This document shows, one piece after another, positions 39,054 to 45,956 of a stretch of DNA of 45,956 nucleotides; positions within the stretch are counted from its first letter, which is position 1, and each line of letters begins with the position of its first letter. The stretch lies in the NCBI RefSeq assembly GCF_006345805.1, contig NW_021834967.1, positions 1 to 45,956 on the forward strand. The letters run 5' to 3'. The position numbers and the translations under genes are program-made. The stretch is from Octopus sinensis. Taxonomy: Eukaryota. The notes under the pieces were generated by a model that had not been told where the DNA came from, did not search any database, and saw only the letters and a program-made list of their open reading frames with translations.

Positions 39054-39438
39054 ATAGGCGCAGGAGTGCCTGTGTGGTTCCGGGTTCATTCCCACTGCGT
39101 GGCACCTTGTGCAAGTGTCTTCTGCTATCGCCTCGGGCCGACCAAAGCCTTGTGAGAGGATTTGGTTGACGGAAACTGAAAGAAAACTGTCTTATATAAG
39201 TATATGTATGTGTAGTTGTGTTTATATGTTTGTGTGTCTGTGTTTGTCCCCCCAACATCGCTTGACAATCGATGGTGGTGTGTTTGCGTCCCCGTAATTT
39301 AGCGATTGGGCATAAGAGACCGATAGAATAAGCACTAGGCTCACAAAGAATAAGTCCTAGGGTCGATTTGCTCGACTAAAGACGGTGCTCCAGCATGGCC
39401 ACAGTCAAATGACTGAAACAAGAAAAAGAGTAAAGAGA
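39054..39438 (+). mobile_element. SINE family B with short head deletion
   Basis: ggcgcaggagtg..ggttccgggttcattccc, core, and tail gactgaaacaagaaaaagagtaaaga. Confidence 0.85.
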
Positions 39439-39553
39439 GTATCTGTGTGGGTATGTAAGTCTCTCCTCTCTCTCTCACTATATATATATATATATATATA
39501 ATATATATATAGATATATATATATATATATAGACCACACATACTCGCACACGC

Positions 39554-39599
<46 letters not shown>

Positions 39600-39823
39600 T
39601 ATAGAGAGAGAGAGAGAGATTGATAGATAGACAGTTATACTTATGTCTATGCGGATATATAAATAAAATCAATAATTTTGTCGAAAAGCGTACATGTTTT
39701 ATAAAGCTTGGAATACCACCTTGTCTGCTTTTTAATAATATTATTTGTCTGTCTACATATCAGTTCATTATCTCTCTATCATCTCTCTCTCTCATCTATC
39801 TATCTCTATCACTATATCTCATT

Positions 39824-39865
<42 letters not shown>

Positions 39866-40372
39866 TTAACAAAGTAAAGTTGTAAGGTACCGCACGAGTG
39901 AAAATATATATGAAAGAAAGTTTGAAAAGGTCTTTTCGAGATGTTTATTGACTTAACCGGTTTCACTTTTTTAGAAAAAGATTATCAAAAACAAAATATA
40001 AAGACCTTTGCATTTTCAAGCCTTTTTTCAAATATATATATATATATTAAGTTGATGGCCAAACGAACATTGGGGGCTACACATATTGTTCAAAACAGTT
40101 TCATTCGGATCGCGTGCTACTAAAAATTTCAAAGCCCGTATGGAGGGCCTTTCCTTCGGCCAGATTCACTGTCCTGAAGAAAGGGTCCCGCTATGGTTTT
40201 AGAACTCTAAGTAGTACGGAATCGGAATATAAAACTGTTTTGTTTTGAACAATATATATATATATATATATAATATATATATAAAATATTATTTGAGACA
40301 AAACCACTATTTGCAAAACAAACAAGGAAAGACTTAATCAATACATAAAATTTAATAATAGTCAAAAAACCG

Positions 40373-40413
40373 CCACACAATCGTTTCTTGTCTTGATCGA
40401 CAATCTCAGGTGG
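40373..40413 (-). ncRNA. Degenerate hammerhead motif
   Basis: ccac CUGA-GA uuguc gaucaa gacaa GAAAC gauu gu gugg: perfect 5-bp stem II and 4-bp stem I, but 1-nt gaps in the core and at the cleavage site. Confidence 0.45.
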
Positions 40414-40573
40414 ACTTCCAATCTAAAAAATCAAAATTTTAAAATATAAAAATAATACTTTAAATAATTAAAGTATAAATGAAAAAATATAAGTATATAA
40501 TCCATATATAACCTATATATAATCCATATCGAAATATAGACTAATTACCTAATTACCACGAATTCCCTAAAAA

Positions 40574-40632
<59 letters not shown>

Positions 40633-40959
40633 ACAAGATAAGGGCAAAAGATTTACATATAAGGTATGAGTAAGTATTTCACTTATATCTCGCGTATTTT
40701 GCCGCTGAAGAGAGGAAAATTTCTTATGAATTAACCCCGAAATTGGACCAATACGGTAATAACGAATTTTTTTTGAAATTTCTATCGGTTTGTTTCGAGA
40801 CGCATAAATTTTAATGGTTATTGACAATTCTTGTCTTTTTTTCGGCATATTTGGCATTAGAATTTTTCTTTTGCCCTTAACTTGTAAATTATTTATAAAT
40901 TTAACCTTTAAAGGTATTTTTTGATATGCTGGCCATTGATAAAATTTTTTATCCTACAT

Positions 40960-41013
<54 letters not shown>

Positions 41014-41130
41014 CATGCGAGGAGATCTTATCCTCATAAGGGACTATTATATCCGAGATTTCACTGGTTCTATCACCAACACCAATGAGAAATATCTCTT
41101 CGATATATATGAGATTGTTATAAGTATAAA

Positions 41131-42365
41131 TATCATTAAAGAAGAATGGAGAATTGGTAAGGATATAAAATTAATTTATTAACATACTGCCAAATAAAAG
41201 CCTACGCACGTTTCAATCCAGTCCAATTTACAATTGCAAATTCCAAGATTGGAATAAATCCAAGGATTAAAATAAAATAACATTTTCAATAATACAGGGT
41301 GTTTCAAAAGACTATGTCACATTCTAAGAACTCTTGTATCATGAACCACAAATGGTAGCATAATTGAACTGGTACCATTTAAAAGCTAAAAGTGTCAAGT
41401 TTGTTTTTGTGTTAAAACACACCCCTCCTCATTATATTCAAAATGGAACATCCTTCTGGTGTCTGTTTGGTAAACGTTGTACGAAATTAGCGTTGAACAC
41501 GTGTCCATGATTCAGTTTTAGCGTATTATAGGACACAAAATGACTTCTCTTGTTTTGTGAAGGACGTCACTGGATCTGAAAAGAGACAAAAAGCAAAACA
41601 AAATCAAATTAATTAAATTTAAATTAAATAAACAGAAGAAAACTTGACATTTTAGCTCATAAATGGTAGCAGTTCACTTATGCTGCCATTTGTAGTTTAT
41701 GACTTAAGAGTTCTTAGAACGTGACATAGACTTTTGAAACACCCTGTATTGAGTACGAGAATCGTAGAATCGTAGAATCTCATCAGGGCTAGAGTACAAT
41801 AGAAAGAGTTACATGTTGATGGATTGGATTTTATTAACAAACGAAGAAGATTAAGATACATCTGTTTATTGTGTGTATGTATATGCTAATAATTAAAAAA
41901 AATATAAAAAAATAAAAATATAGTATAAGGCCAAGAAATAAAAGTAAAAACCAAATTATGATAAATATATAATATAAAGTAAAAAAAAAAAAGACCGTTA
42001 TCTATGTAAATTTCTATTGGTTTACGTTATCAATGTATATTACTGCCTATGTATTCATTATTATAAAAGCTTATCGAATCAGATTTATTTATTTATGTAT
42101 GTGTGTTGTTTAATTTGAAGAGGATAGCCGTTAAAATGTTTATCAATTCTATATCTGTATATATACTCCTGTTAACGCGTATGTATGTGTTCCAATCTTT
42201 GAATATGTTATTTTATTCTAATCTTTGGATTTATTCCAGTCTTTGAATTTACAATTGTATATTGGACTGAATTTAAATGTTCATAGGCTTTTATTTGGCA
42301 GTCTATTAGCAAATTAATCGTATATCCTTATCAACTCTCCATTCTTCTTCTTTAATGATATCGAT
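41131..42365. repeat. Diverged inverted repeat pair (about 41131-41292 and 42200-42365), PLE pseudo-LTR-like
   Basis: atatcattaaagaagaatggagaattggtaagg...aataaaataacat matches the reverse complement of the second arm at roughly 80% by eye. Confidence 0.75.
41295..41746. mobile_element. 452-bp Tc1/mariner-type MITE
   Basis: TIRs of at least 76 bp (cagggtgtttcaaaag... / ...cttttgaaacaccctg) with TA on both sides. Confidence 0.9.
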
Positions 42366-42372
42366 ATATCTA

Positions 42373-43555
42373 CACAGATGTGACAGAAGTAAATAGACAC
42401 CCCATAAAACATTGTTTGCTTATTCTAACTTGTAATGGGTTTATATTTTTTATTAATTGACATTTTTATGTTTCAGGTTCTATATGTGACTGTTTAATCA
42501 CGGCATGTACAAAACAGCCTAGGAACTATCCGAATTTCAAAGAGGCCGTATTGTGGGTCATTCTGAAGGTGGACATAGTCAGCGCAAAATCGCTTTTACA
42601 GTTAATGGAGCGATTGTGCAATTTACTAATGTGGGGAAGGAGTCTACATCATCTCACCCAGATCAACCATGGCCCTCTGACTTGAGCCCGCTTTTTGTTA
42701 AGAGAAGTGTGGAGGATAATCCTCGTTGCAAGGCCTCTGACATAGCAGAACAAGTTGATATCAGTCCCAGAACAGCTGTCAGGTATCTCCACAAACTTGG
42801 TTACTATGACAGAGCAGCAATAAGGAAGCCACTTCTTCGACCAGCCAACATCAAGCTGAGAAAAGATTGGGCCAGTGAGATGGTGGAGCGGCCACTAGCA
42901 TTTTGGGATGCTGTCATATTTCCTGATGAGTCCAGATTTGCTGTATTTCCTGACAGTAGTTGAGTGTGGGTTTGGAGACTCTGTGATCAAGAATTTGTGA
43001 AAAGACTGCAGCCAACAATGAAACACAGCAGCTATTCTGTGATGGTCCGGGCAACAATTTGGAGCAATGGTTGATCAGAGTTGGTGGAGTGTGATGGAAA
43101 CATAAACTCAGATAAATATGTGTCCATATTGTAGAAAGGACTCCTTTCAATTTTCTCCAGTGGTGAAAAGATTAAAGAAGACTCATTACGGAAGATGGAT
43201 GAGAATGGCATTAAAAAGCTTCCATAGCCAAGCCAATTACCAGATATGAATCTATTGCACCCCACCCCTGGGACATAATAGACAGGACACTTTATAAAAA
43301 GAACAAGAAAGTATCTTCAAAGCCAGATCTTTTGAGATTACTGCATGAAACTTGGCAAGAAATTCCGCAAGAGAATATTCGTCTGATCCGTAACATGCTT
43401 AATAGGGACCTTGCATTGAAAAAATGCAAAGGGCATGTCTACTAAATATTAGATATTCACATTATAGCATATAATAAAGAATTTGAATGTATAATTATAG
43501 ATTTAAATGTATTTTAATGATTACAAGGGTGTCTATTTACCTCTGTCATGTGTGT

Positions 43556-43556
<1 letters not shown>
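42373..43556 (+). mobile_element. Defective Tc1-family transposon
   Basis: About 30-bp TIRs (cacagatgtgacagaagtaaatagacaccc) with TA flanks; [34 protein letters not shown]-like motifs; the region carrying the second catalytic Asp is deleted. Confidence 0.9.
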
Positions 43557-43600
<44 letters not shown>

Positions 43601-43941
43601 AAAGAACAGTTAAAGTCCAAGCCACTAATTAGGGATAAATTCTCGAAGGGAATGAAAAATAAACAATGAAAATAGACAATAGATTGCGACTGCGCAGTGG
43701 ATTTGAAAAAAAATTTAATGTACAAGCAATGAGTTTACATGCTAGATTGATCTCGTTGTGTGTATATTTAATCTAAGGCTCACCCGCTGATGAAGACGGC
43801 CTCAGTAAATAATAATTTTTATTTTACTGAAATAAGTCAGAAACCTTGATCCGGGAATTGAATTAGATAGTAAATGTTTTTATTTTTCATTCCCTTCAAG
43901 AATTCATCCCTAATTAGTGGCTTGGACTTTAACTGTTCTTT
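43601..43941. mobile_element. 341-bp element with 63-bp terminal inverted repeats enclosing a hammerhead motif
   Basis: 43601-43663 is the reverse complement of 43879-43941 with two mismatches. Confidence 0.75.
43783..43855 (+). ncRNA. Type I hammerhead ribozyme motif
   Basis: cccg CTGATGA a gac..tcagtaaa/tttactga..gtc a GAAAC cttg ATC cggg; 4-bp stem I cccg/cggg; one mismatch in stem III. Confidence 0.65.
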
Positions 43942-44087
43942 CTAGCGTAAGGCATTCATATGATGGAAGCCTCTTAATGTGTTTTAATGTACACGGTATT
44001 TTATATGAATAATATATAGTCTATTGAATAATTTTTTTTACGCTAGGCCACTGGTAGTAAACATTTCTATAATTTTTATTACCCTGA

Positions 44088-44163
<76 letters not shown>

Positions 44164-44168
<5 letters not shown>

Positions 44169-44895
44169 TAGTTTTATTTTTTATAGCGTGCTTTCACTTC
44201 ACTACCGAGCGCAGCTCTGTGTGCCTGGGTATGTGCTGTGATTTGTTGTGATGCTCTGATGGTTATTGTATGGAAAGTGTTCTGCGTAGGATGTGTGCAG
44301 TGCCTAGTAGTGCAATTTTCTGTATGTTATATGTGTTTGTAGAGTCCTGGTGTTTTTGTTATGTATTTGTCTGAATATTTTTTTATCATGCCTAATGCAC
44401 CTACTATGATAGGAATTGTTTCTGTTTTCAGATTCCACATTCTAGTTACCTCTATTCCAGGTCTTGTGTATTTTGAGAGTTTCTCCATTCTCCATTTCTT
44501 TTAGAGACACGTTGTCATCTGCCGGTATTGATACATCAATTAGAAAGCATTTTTTTCTTCATGATCTCTGACAACTATATCTGGTCTGTTGGCCTTAATT
44601 TCTCTATCTGTGTGTATCGGCATATCCCAGAGTATGGTTGCTTTCTCGTTTTCTGTGACCTTTTCTGGTGTGTGCCTATACCATCTTTTTTCTGTTGTTA
44701 TTCCATAATGTTGGCATAGCTTCCAATGTATGTAGTTCCAATTCTGTCATGTCTGTGAATATAATTCCTTCTTAGCCAGGACTGGGCAGCTAGAGATAAT
44801 ATGATTTATTGTTTCTTGTCCATCTCCACATATTCTGCAGTTACTTGTAATATTTCTTTTCATTACATGTTTTTGGTAATTTCTGGTGGGGAGGC

Positions 44896-44898
<3 letters not shown>
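44164..44898 (-). mobile_element. 3' fragment of an R4/Dong-type (restriction-like endonuclease) non-LTR retrotransposon in (TAA)n
   Basis: Minus translation YIHRHDRIG...WYRHTPEKVTENEKATILWDMPIHTDREIKANRPDIVV...CFLIDVSIP...EKLSKY...IPIIVGALG; (TAA)n on both flanks. Confidence 0.88.
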
Positions 44899-44968
<70 letters not shown>

Positions 44969-45481
44969 CAATCCATGATAGTTAATAGCAGGACGGGTGC
45001 TAGCATCTTTGATGAAGCAAACCAAGATAGTTTGGTTATCTAAATGAGAGGCTGTTCATGTACAGTAGAAGGGACAACACTGATGCTACCATAATGAAAT
45101 ACAGAAGGCAGTGAATTCCGATATCGACAACTGATAATGCTCAGGTCTCTGCTAAGATTTAACCCTGAAACGGTGGACACCATCAAATGATGTTTCATCA
45201 GAGAATAACGTACGTCATCAATTAGTGTTTCAAAATGTTTACATCATCAATTAGTACCCGATCGTCTACTTCGTTAAGTGACCTTAAACGTAAGCAATCT
45301 TTATCGATGGGAAAAATTCAGTCGCGTATGGAAAATATATATACAGCGATGAAGTTTTTTTAATGTTTCTTCGTCATCATGATCATGATCATGAAGATCT
45401 AGATAACACAGAAGAACGTGGTACTTGAAGTGGCCCTGGATGAAAAAAGTGCACCAAAACATTTGACATTTCAAATATACC

Positions 45482-45868
45482 CTTTTACTCTTTTACTTGT
45501 TTCAGTCATTTGACTGTGGCCATGCTGGAGCACCGCCTTTAGTCGAGCAAATCGACCCCAGGACTTATTCTTTGTAAGCCTAGTACTTATTCTATCGGTC
45601 TCTTTTACCGAACCGCTAGGTTACGGGGATGTAAACACACCAGCATCGATTGTCAAGCGATGTTGGGGACACACACACATACATATACATATATATACAT
45701 ATATATACGACGGGCTTCTTTCAGTTTCCGTCTACCAAATCCACTCCCAAGGCTTCGGTCGGCCCAAGGTTATAGTAGAAGACATTTGCCTAAGGTGCCA
45801 CGCAGTGGGACTGAACCCAGACCCATGTGGTTCATAAGCAAGCTACTTACCACACAGCCACTCCTACG
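45482..45868 (-). mobile_element. SINE family B, full length
   Basis: tRNA-like head, core, (TA/CA) tract and (ttttac)n 3' end; reference copy used for the other family B calls. Confidence 0.9.
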
Positions 45869-45882
45869 CATATACTTCTACA

Positions 45883-45936
<54 letters not shown>

Positions 45937-45956
45937 GTTATGAGAGAGCAGCAAAT

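Noticed and set aside
40147-40190. ctgaagaaagggtcccg resembling a PLE hammerhead start
   Set aside because: No downstream GAAA box or stem III found.

Overview
AT-rich, microsatellite-dense eukaryotic DNA with no securely identifiable host gene. The SINE families resemble those I recall from Octopus genomes (inference, not a database result). Most ORF-track entries are translations of simple repeats. Recognisable content: (1) a near-intact Tx1/L1-clade LINE (about 18.0-22.3 kb) sitting in and ending with (TATC)n; (2) two Penelope-like element (PLE) coding remnants with GIY-YIG endonucleases (26.6-28.1 kb; 33.2-34.6 kb); (3) an 8.1-kb interrupted palindrome (29.7-37.8 kb) whose unique spacer is the second PLE and whose arms carry its 3' end, a hammerhead ribozyme motif and about 2.7 kb of host-like DNA; (4) at least four further hammerhead-like motifs in small PLE-type relics, one bracketed by inverted repeats and one split by a MITE; (5) a Ty3/gypsy pol relic, an R4/Dong RLE fragment in (TAA)n, a Tc1 element, mariner relics, two MITEs, a HINE-like element and many tRNA-derived SINEs, some as precise multimers. 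One weak candidate signal-peptide exon lies at 17.15-17.31 kb (minus). All alignments and RNA folds were done by eye; fuzzy boundaries may be off by tens of bases.
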